NCBI GenBank assembly: GCA_000002445.1
Contig: CP000068.1
Span: 1,088,001 to 1,152,000 of the forward strand
From: Trypanosoma brucei
Taxonomy: Eukaryota
Length of the DNA: 64,000 nt
Reading direction: 5' to 3'
The position numbers were made by a program, and so were the translations under genes. The notes under the pieces are model-generated. The model was not told where the DNA came from. It saw only the letters and a program-made list of their open reading frames with translations, and ran no database searches. Shown in pieces: positions 10,577 through 21,308 of this stretch; the first letter of the stretch is position 1, and every line of letters starts with the position of its first letter.

Positions 10577-11802
10577 GTTAACAGGACAAAAAGCTTCTAC
10601 CAATTTTACTACTGATACCAATTTCAGAACATAAAGCACACAATTGAAACTAATGGGGAAATAGAGATAGCTTATTACTCGCACATGGCACGAAACTAGA
10701 ACCAACAGCTGAGGAAGTCTAATGAACCAAACAATAAAATGAAGGTCCGGCAACAAAAAGGAACTTGGAGACCGAATATCGACAACAGATCATGGGGATG
10801 GAGAGGTTTAGCATACGCATGGAGAAAGCAAATACAGTTATCGGTGAGACGACACACAAAAACAAAGAAGCTAATATTACGTGGACGCAGGGCTGAAACA
10901 CCATTCAGAGCTGGTCTATACTGTCACCAACCCGCCAAAGCAGCAGCAAAGCAGTAAATATATACCTACGTACGTATATACTTGAAGATACCTATCTCCA
11001 GAATGGCAAAGACGATCCTCATACCCACATCGCCCCTCTACCGGACACACACACGCACACCCTGGGGTGGCATAAGCACATCTAAAAAGCATACCCAATA
11101 TGACATTTGGTGTTACAATTTTTGGCATGTCACGCGAGTGCACACATGTGCGAAGGTGAAAGCTTGCTTTACCCCCAAGTAAACAGAAGATGGTTGCCCA
11201 CCAAGTAAGCCTGCATACAACCCAGTGAGAGCGCGCAGTGCGCACCTTTGTAACAAAGTTTATTTGCACGATATGCGCAAGTAACAGGAAATTCCTAAAA
11301 ATATGTGGCGTATTTTTTGTAGTCGTATATGTAGGTTGTATCCCATAAAGCTGTCGTCCACCATGTTAATATACAATAGTCAAAAAACAAGAGGTTTCTG
11401 AATAGATGACATGGGATATGGTGTAAGCAAAGTAGTAAAGACGTTGGTACGCACCTAAACTCGCTGATCACGTGGGTAAGGTGAAGCACAAAGGTAAAAA
11501 AAATAACTCTGATCTCCACTTTAGCGACCTTCAGTATTCCCGACAGACCACCAATTACAATGCAGTTGCACTAGAATATCCCATATACACACTATTAAAT
11601 ATACCATCAACGTTTATTCATAATTTACAGTGTGCTGTGCCAAAAAAAAAATTTTGCTTACACTTTGTCGCAAACACATCTCGGTGGCATCACGTGTGCT
11701 AACACGGGGCAAGCAGTACGGTAGTGCAGCAATTTCTTCACCAATCTCTGTACTCGGTAAACTGGTCGAGGTACACCCCAGTCTCTTTTTTTTTACATAA
11801 TA

Positions 11803-11814
11803 GGGGGGGGGGGG
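11803..11814 (+). repeat. Homopolymeric G12 tract inside the strand-switch region.
   Basis: The tract is read directly from the sequence: 'ataataGGGGGGGGGGGGtaaagg'. Confidence 0.9.
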
Positions 11815-12670
11815 TAAAGGCTGCCTCAGTGGCGGTGCCACGCGAAAGAGATTGCCGAAGGATATTACCGATGGAATCTCTCCACCAGCGGGAGAATTAC
11901 CTTACAGTTTTCAACTAGAAAGGTGACAATAAAAAAAACGCACCTCGTTCACGATCCAATGAGCTTGTAAGTGTCACCGTAGTGTACATGTAGCGCCACC
12001 GCAACTACCAGCAGATAGACATATACGTGCATAAGTTACCCAACAATGCTACGTCTTCTCACAAGGCGCAGGCTGACCTCCCCCCGTCTATTTACCCAAT
12101 GCGCCAGACTTTTGCAACGCACAATCCCTCCTAGCACACCAGACAGCCCTTAATTCAGTATCAGCAAATTTGGACACGATAGTTCACAACCCCTCTGTCC
12201 TCTCAACCACACTTGTCCGGCTACCGGCACGTGCGCGTCCCATTTTCGTGTACAGCCCCACTTTCCTTCAGCGTAACTGCACGCGCACGTGCCGCTCCCA
12301 CAACTAGGCAGATTAAAAGGCGGCTGAAAGACTCCTGGCAGTGAACCCCTACACACGTTGCGCCGCACCTGCTTGTTGGGCTCCCGCTCCTCGGCCCCTG
12401 TAGGACGGTGTGGCCACTGAAGCGTCCTCTGACTTCATTTACCCGGCGGAAGCGTCCTATCGATCATATTCTTTTACCTGTTAGCTCTCTTTCTCGGGCG
12501 CTTCCTCTTGAAATTTAGCCCTCCCCCTCCCCTTAGGGCTCGAGCGTATAGTTCACCGCCCAGAACGCATTGCCACCACGCCCTCCCAGCCTCTCGGCCA
12601 GTTCTTTTTTTTTTTTTTGCGTTGCCCTCTCCGACTCCTCGAAAGGCTTAATGTTTTCGCAGTCTCCATT

Positions 12671-12682
12671 CCCCCCCCCCCC
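12671..12682 (-). repeat. Homopolymeric C12 tract, which is G12 on the minus strand, inside the strand-switch region.
   Basis: The tract is read directly from the sequence: 'ccattCCCCCCCCCCCCgctttcag'. A T14 run lies ~55 bp upstream at 12605-12618. Confidence 0.9.
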
Positions 12683-14068
12683 GCTTTCAGGCCAGTGCTC
12701 CCCTAGCTAATTAAAGACGCTGCTTCTCCATACGTGGTGGTATCTTTCAAAGCGGATCTCCCCCACAACAGCCTGTGCACTTGGTATACAAACCCTTTCA
12801 TTGCCACAGTTGGCCCCAACATATTTCCCTTTTTGACGAGTGTAACAGCGCCTCGTAGGAAGGGTATTACCCCTCAAGGTTTTGTAACCACTCTCATTCT
12901 TCATATATCTTGTTTTCCCCCTGCGCAGCCATCTCCTGTAGGGCGTCTCCTCTCCTCGGTTCCCTCTCGTGAGCCGTGTGTGCGTGCGTGCATGTGTAAT
13001 AATGCGTTTTTGCAGCTCTTTAGAGGGGCTGAGAGTTTTAACATGCATCCGAAACGGCCCTCAACACACGCTCTGCGGTAGCACACCCGTTTAGATTTGC
13101 TCCTGCAAGGCAATACCCATCGACGACATTAGAAGTGGAGTCTGTTACCATCCGTGGTGCTGCTGGACTTGAGTTCGACATAATGACGTTTGCGGGTGGC
13201 CCTCCATTTCGGACTCCGTGTCATTGCGACACATCCCTCGCACATTTTCGCACCGTCCTTTGGTGGCCTCCACCGTGCCGAAGACCCTCTTGTGACTCCC
13301 TCCGTTTTAAATATTCTCGAGCTTTCTAGCGAGCACTGCTGTGTGGTACGATCAGCTCTGCAACCGGGCGGTGTGGGTGTATCCGGTTTTCATCTGCACG
13401 AGGAATCTTACACAACTATTTTCATTGTGGCTCCTTTCGATGACGGTATGTTCGACGCCCCCTTTTTTTTAAAATGTTGTGTTACGGATTCATGTCGGTG
13501 CAAATGTGATGTGGATCCTGCACTTAGGGGCGACGATGGTCGGTGGTGTTTGTGGAGCTCCCGTCTATCTGGGTCCCTTCACGGAATCTGTACCGTGTCG
13601 TGTTGAGATGGCCTCGCCGCCCCCTTTTAAGATCGGATAGAGGTAACAAGTGAATTGTCGGGTATTAGGGTTACTCTCTTCTTTTGCGTGGAAGTATATT
13701 CCCCACCCGATGCAGAAGTGACGGTTCTGTTTGCGGAACTGGTTGAATCAAAACATATCTTTGCCGGTCTTGATGGGTGCGGCAGCCTCTTGATATTTTA
13801 TTGTAGCCCGAGTAGAAGTGGAGCCGAGGTCCGCGGTAAGTTGTTGGCCGGTCATTGTTGTAGCGTATGGTGCGCCACGTGATCTATCGTTTTTTATTTC
13901 CCCCTCATTTTCTTCGTAGCCGTCATTTTTCCTTTTTTTAGTATTGTAGAAAAGATGTGTATGGATGGTAAATGACGGATCATTCCCCTCGTTAGAGGAA
14001 GCTACTTTACTAATGCTTTTGTTGCCTTAGTCAAACTGCTTGTCTAATGAAACCGTGCTAAACTGTGG

Positions 14069-14091
14069 TGTGTGTGTGTGGGGGGGGGGGG
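14069..14091 (+). repeat. (GT)6 followed by G12, ~345 bp upstream of the SMC3 ATG.
   Basis: The element is read directly from the sequence: 'ctgtggtgtgtgtgtgGGGGGGGGGGGGaagg'. Confidence 0.9.
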
Positions 14092-14384
14092 AAGGCCGTG
14101 TGCCGCGCCTGCTAGCACACCACAGCAGGTAACCATGCGCGGACGTTGCTTACACCTTGGTAGCTTCACTATCATTTTGCTGCTTAATGGTACCGTTTGT
14201 TAATTACCTTCAAGCAATGAGATAACCTTCTTATTACTGTTTTGTTTAATGTTGTCTTTTGTTCCACATCCTAAGCTTCTACATCAGGAGAGTGGTGTAT
14301 GTTGTTGCGCTGACTTTGTACTTTCCCCCTTAGACTGCACGGTTGCCAACATGAAATAACCTGAACTGATTGTTTAACATTACC

Positions 14385-14417
14385 GTTTGTTTTGTTTTTT
14401 GACTACCCTCTTTCTTA
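14385..14417 (+). promoter_or_regulatory. Polypyrimidine tract with an AG dinucleotide; candidate trans-splice acceptor region for SMC3.
   Basis: The tract is 'tttgttttgttttttgactaccctctttcttAG', 19 nt upstream of the ATG at 14436. This matches the usual trypanosomatid architecture, where an AG dinucleotide follows a polypyrimidine tract. Confidence 0.45.
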
Positions 14418-14435
14418 GACCACTTACAGGATACT

Positions 14436-17400
14436 ATGTATATCAAAAATATTCTTATTTCCGGATTCCGCTCGTACCGAGAACAAGCGTTTGAGCAGGA
14501 GCTCTCGCCGAAAAACAACGTGATCGTTGGGAAAAACGGAGCAGGCAAGTCGAATTTCTTCGCTGCGATCCAGTTTGTTCTTTGTGAGAAATTTATGAAC
14601 CTTTCTTCTGTAGAGAGAAAGGATCTGTTCCACGTTGGATCCGGGAGGCCTGCGTTGCCCATCTTTGTGGAAATTATTTTTGATAATTCTGATGGTCGTC
14701 TTGTAATACCGGGAAAATCTGCTGTGAATGAAGTGCGTATACGGCGTACACTGGGCCTTAAGCAAGACGAATTTCGTGTAAATGACAAACGGTTCACGGC
14801 CACTGATATCCGGCAACTGCTGGAAAGCGCTGGGTTCTCGTCAACCAACCCTTACTATATTGTTGAGCAAGGCCAAATTTCAAGTTTGGCAAACATGAGT
14901 GATGAAGAACGGTTCCAACTTATAAAAGATGTGGCAGGTACGAGAGTTTATGAAGTAAGGCGAAAGGAGAGCGAGAAGATTTTGGAAGAAACGGAGGTGC
15001 AGCACGAGAAAATCGGGGAGTCTATTGCTCAACTCGAGGAGCGTCTTGAAGAGCTTCGGTCTGAGTCTGATGAACTCATGTCGTTCCAAGAGATTGACAA
15101 AAAAAGAAAGTGTGTTCAGTACTGTATCCTTAACTCAGACCTGAACGCTGCAAGAGAAGAACTTCGGAGGCTGGATGATGAGAGGAACTCTTACATGTCC
15201 CGCAGCGGAAGGGATCATTACGATATTGATGAAGCGAAAGCCATCATCAGTGAAGCTGAATCGGAGATACGTAATTGCGATCAGCGTATCTTGAGGTTGG
15301 AGGGGGAGCTACAGGACCTGGATACGAAAAGGGGCACATTGATGCGTGAAAAAGAGATTGTGCAATTAAATTGTATGTCATCTCTCAACACGATGAAAAG
15401 AACAGAGAGTGTGAAAACGAACGTTCTGAAGAGGGTTGGAGAACTGAACAAACAGATAGCAGAGACGAATGCTGGCTTGAAGAAGAAGCTTGCTATCATA
15501 CAACAGGAGCAGCTTACTGTTGATCAGAAAAGTGAGGAACTGTCCGCCATAGAAGGAAAACTTAAGGCACTTGAAGCGAGACGGGCTCGTCAATTGCTTT
15601 TCAAGAACAAGCAAGAGCGGGACAACTGGCTTGCTGAAGAGTCTAATAGAAACAGAAAAACCATAGAGAATTATAAACATGAATTAAAGTTTACGTGTAG
15701 TGAGATACAGAAAGTTGAAAAGCAAATTGAGGATGAGGAAACTGAACAGAAAAATTGGGAGGAATCATTAAAGAAATCAGATTCAGTTATAACGGAGCTT
15801 AAATCAAAGTACGAAGAGACGATGGCCTTCAGGAATTCACTGAGCGTTAAAAAGGGTGACCTCTGGAGAGAACAGTCTGCCCTTGTACAGACGGTTCGGA
15901 CACTACGCGAGAATCACAACAAAGCCCGCAGTCAACTCGAAAAAGTAATTCGCTCAGATGTTCGTCAAGGGTTGCAGTCTCTTAAAGAGGTTCTGGACGA
16001 GCTGGCCGACCCATCGCTAACAAATGCTGTACATGGCCAATTAATTGAGCTCATCGGCGTCTCGAACGGCTACGAGACAGCTGTTGAAGTGACAGCTGGT
16101 AATTCACTCTTTAACGTTGTTGTTGATTCATTCGAAGTTAGTGCGATTTTGCTGGAGAATATGAACAGCAGGAAGAAACCTGGACGTATATCATTTTTCC
16201 CAATGGATACGTGTAGGGGCACGGTGACACGGTTCGGTGAAGGTGTCGAGTGTAGCAGCTTGGCAGACCATATAATTTGTGATCCGAAGTTTGCTGGCAT
16301 TGTTGCCGAACTATTTGGAAATACTGCTGTTGTGACCTCCATTGCAGATGGTGAAAATGTTTCAAAAAAGTACGCATGTGACGCGGTAACGTTGGATGGG
16401 GATCAAGTCAGCCGGAGAGGTGGTATAACAGGTGGTTATATCGAATCTCGGAGTTTGAAACTCTCTGCTTTCAAGTATGAAAAGGTTGCTGCTGCAGATT
16501 TTTTAAGAGGAGATGAGGCCCTGAAGAAGATTACTCAGGAGTTGGACAACGTTAACCAGGCCTTAACAGGTGTTGTGACCACCCTTAGCTCGCTCAAGAC
16601 GGAGATGTCCTCCATAACGAAATCTAAAGACGGCTCACAAGTTGTCGAACAACATGCACAAAGAAAAGCAGCACTGGATAGGCAGAAGGATAAGTTATAC
16701 GCATCAAAGAAGCAGTTGGAGGACATGATAAATACTGCCCAAGTAAACATAGCCACCTACCAGCATGAGGGAAAAGAAGCGTTCAAATCGGCATGGAGCG
16801 AAGGTGAACAACGAGAGTTGGAGGCGCTGGTGAAAGATGTCGACGACCGCCGCATGAAACTCTCAAAACTTCAGCGGCGGAGTGCACAGTTGGCTGCGGA
16901 AGTGAGGGCCTTGGAGGATATGCGGCTTAACTTAAACGTCCAACTCACGGCTACTAAAAAGTTCTTTCACGATTCCGCTCAACTCAGTGCAAGTAATACC
17001 GCTATTACTAATGAAAAAGAAAATCTTGACGATGATATTTCTTTTAACTCGCAGCAAGCCAACGAAGTCTACAGGTTATTGGATGAGACCAGGAAAGAGA
17101 AACTTCGCAGGGAGGAAGAAGTCGAGAAGCTTAGGAGTGGCTACCTTGAGGCTCTGAATTCTATTCAGGAAAGAAGAGATTTCGACGGAAGGACTCTAAT
17201 GCAGCAGGCACATTGCATTAGACGTCGTGATGGCGCGGCGGAGAAGATAAGGCAACTGGGCGTAATACCCAAGGAAGCTGAGACATATTCTGGGTTGTCC
17301 AGAGAAAAACTAATACAAACACTCAAAGAGTGCAATAAAGCTGCTGAGAAATATGCACATATAAACCGAAAGGCAGTTGATCAGTACAATACATTAATGG

Positions 17401-18035
17401 AAACGAAAAACGGTCTTGTCGCCCAGAAAGAGGATCTTCAGAATGAACTGAAGAGTATTCGTGACTTAATGGACCACCTCGACTGCAAAAAGGATGAAGC
17501 AGTTGAGCGGACATACAAGCAAATTCAGTTGCACTTTGAGCAAGTTTTCAAAGAGTTAGTTACGACCGATGACTGTTACGGTAAACTTCAACTCATCATG
17601 TCAAACACCAGAAAAGAGGCAGGTGAGGATCCGTATGTTGCTGTTCAGATAAAAGTTTCTTTCGGACTAGGAGCTGCCGTCACTGACCTGAAACAACTGA
17701 GTGGTGGACAAAAATCACTTGTGGCGCTGGCGTTGATTTTTGCTATTCAGCGCTGTGATCCTGCACCATTTTATCTTTTCGATGAAATCGATGCTGCCCT
17801 CGATACTGAGTATCGGGCGTCTGTAGCGAAGCTTCTTTCTAAAGAATCAGGGTCGTGCCAATTTATTACAGCAACATTCAAAAACGAAATGCTTGACGTG
17901 GCCGATCACGTGCTCGGTGTTTTCTTTCACAACAAAATAAGTCGTATTCAAGCAATTACGGTTGAAGAAGGTAACAAGCTTTTGAAACAAGCAGTTGTTG
18001 AGGAAAGAAAAAGAGTCCGTGAGCATGTTGAATGA
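14436..18035 (+). CDS. SMC3: Structural maintenance of chromosomes protein 3 (cohesin SMC3).
   Basis: The 1199-aa ORF has a true ATG. Its N-terminus 'MYIKNILISGFRSYREQ...NNVIVGKNGAGKSNFFAAIQFVL' closely parallels the canonical SMC3 N-terminus, with Walker A in GKNGAGKS. The hinge is 'LIELIGVSNGYETAVEVTAGNSLFNVVVDS'. The C-terminus carries the ABC signature 'LSGGQKSLVALALIFAIQ' and Walker B 'FYLFDEIDAALD'. Long coiled-coil arms lie between these elements. Confidence 0.9.
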   Translation: MYIKNILISGFRSYREQAFEQELSPKNNVIVGKNGAGKSNFFAAIQFVLCEKFMNLSSVERKDLFHVGSGRPALPIFVEIIFDNSDGRLVIPGKSAVNEVRIRRTLGLKQDEFRVNDKRFTATDIRQLLESAGFSSTNPYYIVEQGQISSLANMSDEERFQLIKDVAGTRVYEVRRKESEKILEETEVQHEKIGESIAQLEERLEELRSESDELMSFQEIDKKRKCVQYCILNSDLNAAREELRRLDDERNSYMSRSGRDHYDIDEAKAIISEAESEIRNCDQRILRLEGELQDLDTKRGTLMREKEIVQLNCMSSLNTMKRTESVKTNVLKRVGELNKQIAETNAGLKKKLAIIQQEQLTVDQKSEELSAIEGKLKALEARRARQLLFKNKQERDNWLAEESNRNRKTIENYKHELKFTCSEIQKVEKQIEDEETEQKNWEESLKKSDSVITELKSKYEETMAFRNSLSVKKGDLWREQSALVQTVRTLRENHNKARSQLEKVIRSDVRQGLQSLKEVLDELADPSLTNAVHGQLIELIGVSNGYETAVEVTAGNSLFNVVVDSFEVSAILLENMNSRKKPGRISFFPMDTCRGTVTRFGEGVECSSLADHIICDPKFAGIVAELFGNTAVVTSIADGENVSKKYACDAVTLDGDQVSRRGGITGGYIESRSLKLSAFKYEKVAAADFLRGDEALKKITQELDNVNQALTGVVTTLSSLKTEMSSITKSKDGSQVVEQHAQRKAALDRQKDKLYASKKQLEDMINTAQVNIATYQHEGKEAFKSAWSEGEQRELEALVKDVDDRRMKLSKLQRRSAQLAAEVRALEDMRLNLNVQLTATKKFFHDSAQLSASNTAITNEKENLDDDISFNSQQANEVYRLLDETRKEKLRREEEVEKLRSGYLEALNSIQERRDFDGRTLMQQAHCIRRRDGAAEKIRQLGVIPKEAETYSGLSREKLIQTLKECNKAAEKYAHINRKAVDQYNTLMETKNGLVAQKEDLQNELKSIRDLMDHLDCKKDEAVERTYKQIQLHFEQVFKELVTTDDCYGKLQLIMSNTRKEAGEDPYVAVQIKVSFGLGAAVTDLKQLSGGQKSLVALALIFAIQRCDPAPFYLFDEIDAALDTEYRASVAKLLSKESGSCQFITATFKNEMLDVADHVLGVFFHNKISRIQAITVEEGNKLLKQAVVEERKRVREHVE

Positions 18036-20060
18036 TGTCGATAATTTTTTTTATTATTTAGGTGCTAGGGCATGTGGGGAGGAAAGGTTACTTATTATTT
18101 TCATTTTCTATCTACGCCATTTGGATGACAGAGGGTTCGCTGTTCCGTTACACTGAGCAAAAATGTAACGCAACGTTTTACATACGAGTATGGCTTGATG
18201 TATAGAACATTTTTTTCTTAACGGCATTTCTTTACATATGGTAACAGTAGTTTTACTTGGGTAACATATTTCCACTTCCTCTACCTGACCAATTTACTTA
18301 GCATCCTATATACTAGAAAGGCATATAATATGTAGTGTCGGTTCTTGTGCATTGGAAAAAGAGGGCGGCTACACGGTCTTTGCTTTGTGCAAAACTTGTT
18401 GTTACCCTACGGGAGTTTTTCCTTTGAAAACCGTTTGTATACCCTCAATTTGAAGTTTTTCAGCGTCTTTATGCCTGTACGAGCGGGGTAACTTCGTGAA
18501 GCTGCGACCCCTTGAATACGTCTCTGACTCGCTGAAACACACTAGCGTGTGGCAAAGGGCATATTCTTTGTTTCGGGAGGTTTCTGGCTTGTTACTGTGT
18601 GGTCGACTTATGTGTGTTGCTCACGTGGCTGACAAGACAGAATCGATAGACGACAAGTAAGCGCCACCACTACAGAAGACTGTCACAGAATTTGGTGCAG
18701 GAAATGACTGTTACAGTTGTTTGAATTCCCCTCATGCTTTGCAGCAGCGCCTAATCTACCGCTGATTTAACGTGCAGTGCTACACCACGCCTCCCACAAT
18801 GTACGACCTACAAAGTGAACGGGTACAACTCCCTGCCAGGAACGGGCGGCGTTAAGGCGGCAATACAGAAAAGACCACTGTTATCACGTAGGCAAATATT
18901 TTTTTTTTTATGTTCATCGACATGTAGTCGTACATAAAACGAAATGACTTATTGTGACATTAACCACTCCACTTACATGTTAATATAATATTCGTTTTTA
19001 ATATTTTCTCTGCACGTCAGCCCGACCTGTGAGCTGACGCCAGCGGATAATCGTGTTCAAATTTAGCGTCACCGTATTATATATTAATATGTATATATTT
19101 GTGCAGAGCATAAAGCGACCCTGCACGTATATCGGCTTTCTAATGTTAAAATAAGTATTCGAGAAGGCGGGACAGTTACTACACTACGATCATGTGACTG
19201 CAAGGTCGCTTCACCGCCATTGTAAAAATGACCGTATACTGGAGAGTAAAAATCCAGATGAAATGTTGTCGCTCCGAGTGCGGGTCAAACAATTTCTTCA
19301 GGTTTTGTATAAGTGGCGACATTCGAGTAGAAGTTGATGAGCATACTTAAACCCAAGATTCATAATTGGCATTTCACTTGCAGACAGTGAAGTAGTTATT
19401 TTTTTCGGCAACAACTGATTGTCCTCGGCGTTTCATTGTCATCTCAGCTATTATTTTCAACCATCTTTTTAGCCAGCGGTTTGAATACATTTTCGGCAGT
19501 GCTCGTTCGTATCGCTGTACACTCATCCTCTCTCTTTCCCTCTAGATATATGTCCAAACTGTTAGGAGGGAGCAGTCTATCAAGGGATGGAGGAGTGAAG
19601 GAGGTTTTGATGTGGTGCAAAAGGTGGAGAGAAATGAGAAACTATTCCAACTATCCTCTTTCCTTTTTTCTTTTCTTTCTTTTTTTTTTTGTCTTCTCTG
19701 AGTGGAGGTATGAATCGTTTACTTTGGTTGCTTTGAACTTTTCTCCATTTGAAGGAGTATGTTACTCAAAGTGTCGCATCTCTACACTTTCACAAATTGT
19801 ATACATATCCTCTCTCTTTTCTTGAAAACTTCTGTCCATGAATTAACTGTGATTCCTCTTATAGCGTTTTTACGCGTAAAGGAACCATTGTTCCCTTCAG
19901 GTGCACCACAGATAATAGCACAGCGGCGCCAACAACCAGCTGCACGTGAAGTATCGTTTAGTTGCATATTTTATTGGTTAGGTTTCTTGCATATTTCACG
20001 TGTTACTCATTTTTAAAATGTTTTGTATGTTTCTTTAGTGTTGGGAACGAACGTGCCAAC

Positions 20061-20110
20061 TTTTTTTTTTTTTACCTGACAACTTTTTTATTTAATTTTG
20101 CTTTTTCTTA
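20061..20110 (+). promoter_or_regulatory. Polypyrimidine tract with an AG dinucleotide upstream of the QTRT2-like gene.
   Basis: A T13 run is followed by '...acctgacaacttttttatttaattttgctttttcttAG'. Confidence 0.4.
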
Positions 20111-20131
20111 GAGGTGGCAGCAAATAGTGGA

Positions 20132-21139
20132 ATGCACGGAGTGTATCCTATTTTAGTTGTTCCATGCAGACGTGGTGGTATACCGTACCTAACACCCGAA
20201 CAGGCGCGTGATATTCTTGGAGAAGAAGAGAGGATTTTAAGCCTGTCTATATTTGATGCATACGAATATAAGGATGCGTGCAAAAAAGCGGGAAAAAGTT
20301 TTGCTGAATTTTGCGGACTTGGAGAGTTCAGAGTAATATTGACGGTACGGAGCCCGTATGTAGGAGCTCATGCCAGTGTTTCTGCATCTGAGACGGCGGT
20401 GTTTGGGGTCCACGAGAAAGGCAGGATATCTTTTAGCAATGAAAGCTGGGCGGAAATCGTAAAGTCCGTCATGCCCAACATGGCCATTACTCTTTACGAC
20501 AGTGTTCCCTTGCATGAACAACATTCAAAACGGAGGAAGACAGCATCAACAAGATCGCTGAAGTGGGCTAAATCCGCCGAGTGTGCCCCGGACATTGGTT
20601 GTGAGTTGATAAAGGCCTCGTCTGTTGCTGATAGGGAAAATGTGTTTGTATGCGCAGACGAACTGGGACAAAATGAGACGATTGTACAATATGCATCGCG
20701 GTTGTGCGAAATAACGAAGAATCACTACGTCATGAGTCCTACGCCTTCCCTCGGTGCTGTTCTGATGGCGCTGAAGGTTGGTGCTAGTTTCATTGAGTGT
20801 GCCTTACCGTGGACGTTGGCGGAAAGAGGTATAGCGCTTGTGTTTGACATGAATCCTGTCCACGGTTGCTCACCACAACGGTATGAGTCGCAGATAGATC
20901 TGAATGATCATTGTTTTGCAGTAGATATCAACCCTTTGTCACAAGCCTGTGTGTGTTCCACCTGTAGGAGACATACTCGGGCATATGTGCACCATCTCCT
21001 AACAGTCCAGGAGATGAACAGTTGTATTTTGCTTGTTGTTCATAATTTAGCCTTCCTGGTGCAGCTAATAGGGCTTTACAGAAGGTCAACTGCGGAGGCT
21101 CGAGAAAGTCTGCTAACTTGGGTGCTGGCACAGTTGTGA
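20132..21139 (+). CDS. QTRT2: Queuine tRNA-ribosyltransferase family protein, most like the accessory subunit QTRT2/QTRTD1.
   Basis: The track starts at 20114 on GTG; the first ATG is at 20132, giving MHGVYPILVVPCRRGG... The C-terminal zinc motif 'CVCSTCRRHTRAYVHHLLTVQEMNSCILLVVHNLAFLVQLI' matches the TGT-family CxCxxC...HTRAYxHHLL...HN motif and resembles QTRT2 more than the catalytic QTRT1. The central 'VGASFIECALPWTLAERGIALVFD' resembles the 'DLFDCV.PTR...G.AL' barrel strand. Confidence 0.65.
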   Translation: MHGVYPILVVPCRRGGIPYLTPEQARDILGEEERILSLSIFDAYEYKDACKKAGKSFAEFCGLGEFRVILTVRSPYVGAHASVSASETAVFGVHEKGRISFSNESWAEIVKSVMPNMAITLYDSVPLHEQHSKRRKTASTRSLKWAKSAECAPDIGCELIKASSVADRENVFVCADELGQNETIVQYASRLCEITKNHYVMSPTPSLGAVLMALKVGASFIECALPWTLAERGIALVFDMNPVHGCSPQRYESQIDLNDHCFAVDINPLSQACVCSTCRRHTRAYVHHLLTVQEMNSCILLVVHNLAFLVQLIGLYRRSTAEARESLLTWVLAQL

Positions 21140-21308
21140 GAACATTCAACTTAATGAACGAATAATGATAATGATGATCGCATAATTTTTTTTCTTTCAC
21201 GTTCTCCTTTCTATGGAAACTCCTGCTCTGTCTTGACGCCTGTAAGAAAGCGCCTCTGCGTTGGTATGTCGGTCTCCTCCATTTTTCTATCTGTTGTACC
21301 CTTGTTAG

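Larger units (their letters stand above)
10577..14435. promoter_or_regulatory. Divergent strand-switch region between the minus-strand and plus-strand polycistrons. This is the presumed bidirectional RNA Pol II transcription-initiation zone.
   Basis: Every gene to the left is on the minus strand and every gene to the right is on the plus strand. The 3.9 kb region contains only short ORFs in mixed frames. It carries homopolymer tracts (G12 at 11803-11814, C12 at 12671-12682, T14 at 12605-12618) and (GT)6G12 at 14069-14091, and it is GT-rich. In trypanosomatids, divergent strand-switch regions are transcription start zones. Confidence 0.6.

Noticed and set aside
10577-10756. A 60-codon 5' extension of the SET-domain ORF.
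   Set aside because: It begins with TTG rather than ATG. It encodes a hydrophobic low-complexity peptide. The downstream ATG gives a canonical SET N-terminus.
12707-13606. ORFs inside the strand-switch region (12707-13048 minus, 12734-13081 plus, 13190-13606 plus).
   Set aside because: They are mutually overlapping mixed-frame ORFs of 110-140 aa with Arg/Cys/Pro-rich junk translations. They sit in a GC-skewed regulatory region and show no domain resemblance.
19005-19045. A short hairpin (7-bp stem cgtcagc/gctgacg, 11-nt loop) in the SMC3-QTRT2 intergenic region.
   Set aside because: A stem of this length is expected by chance in 2 kb of intergenic DNA. There is no supporting context.
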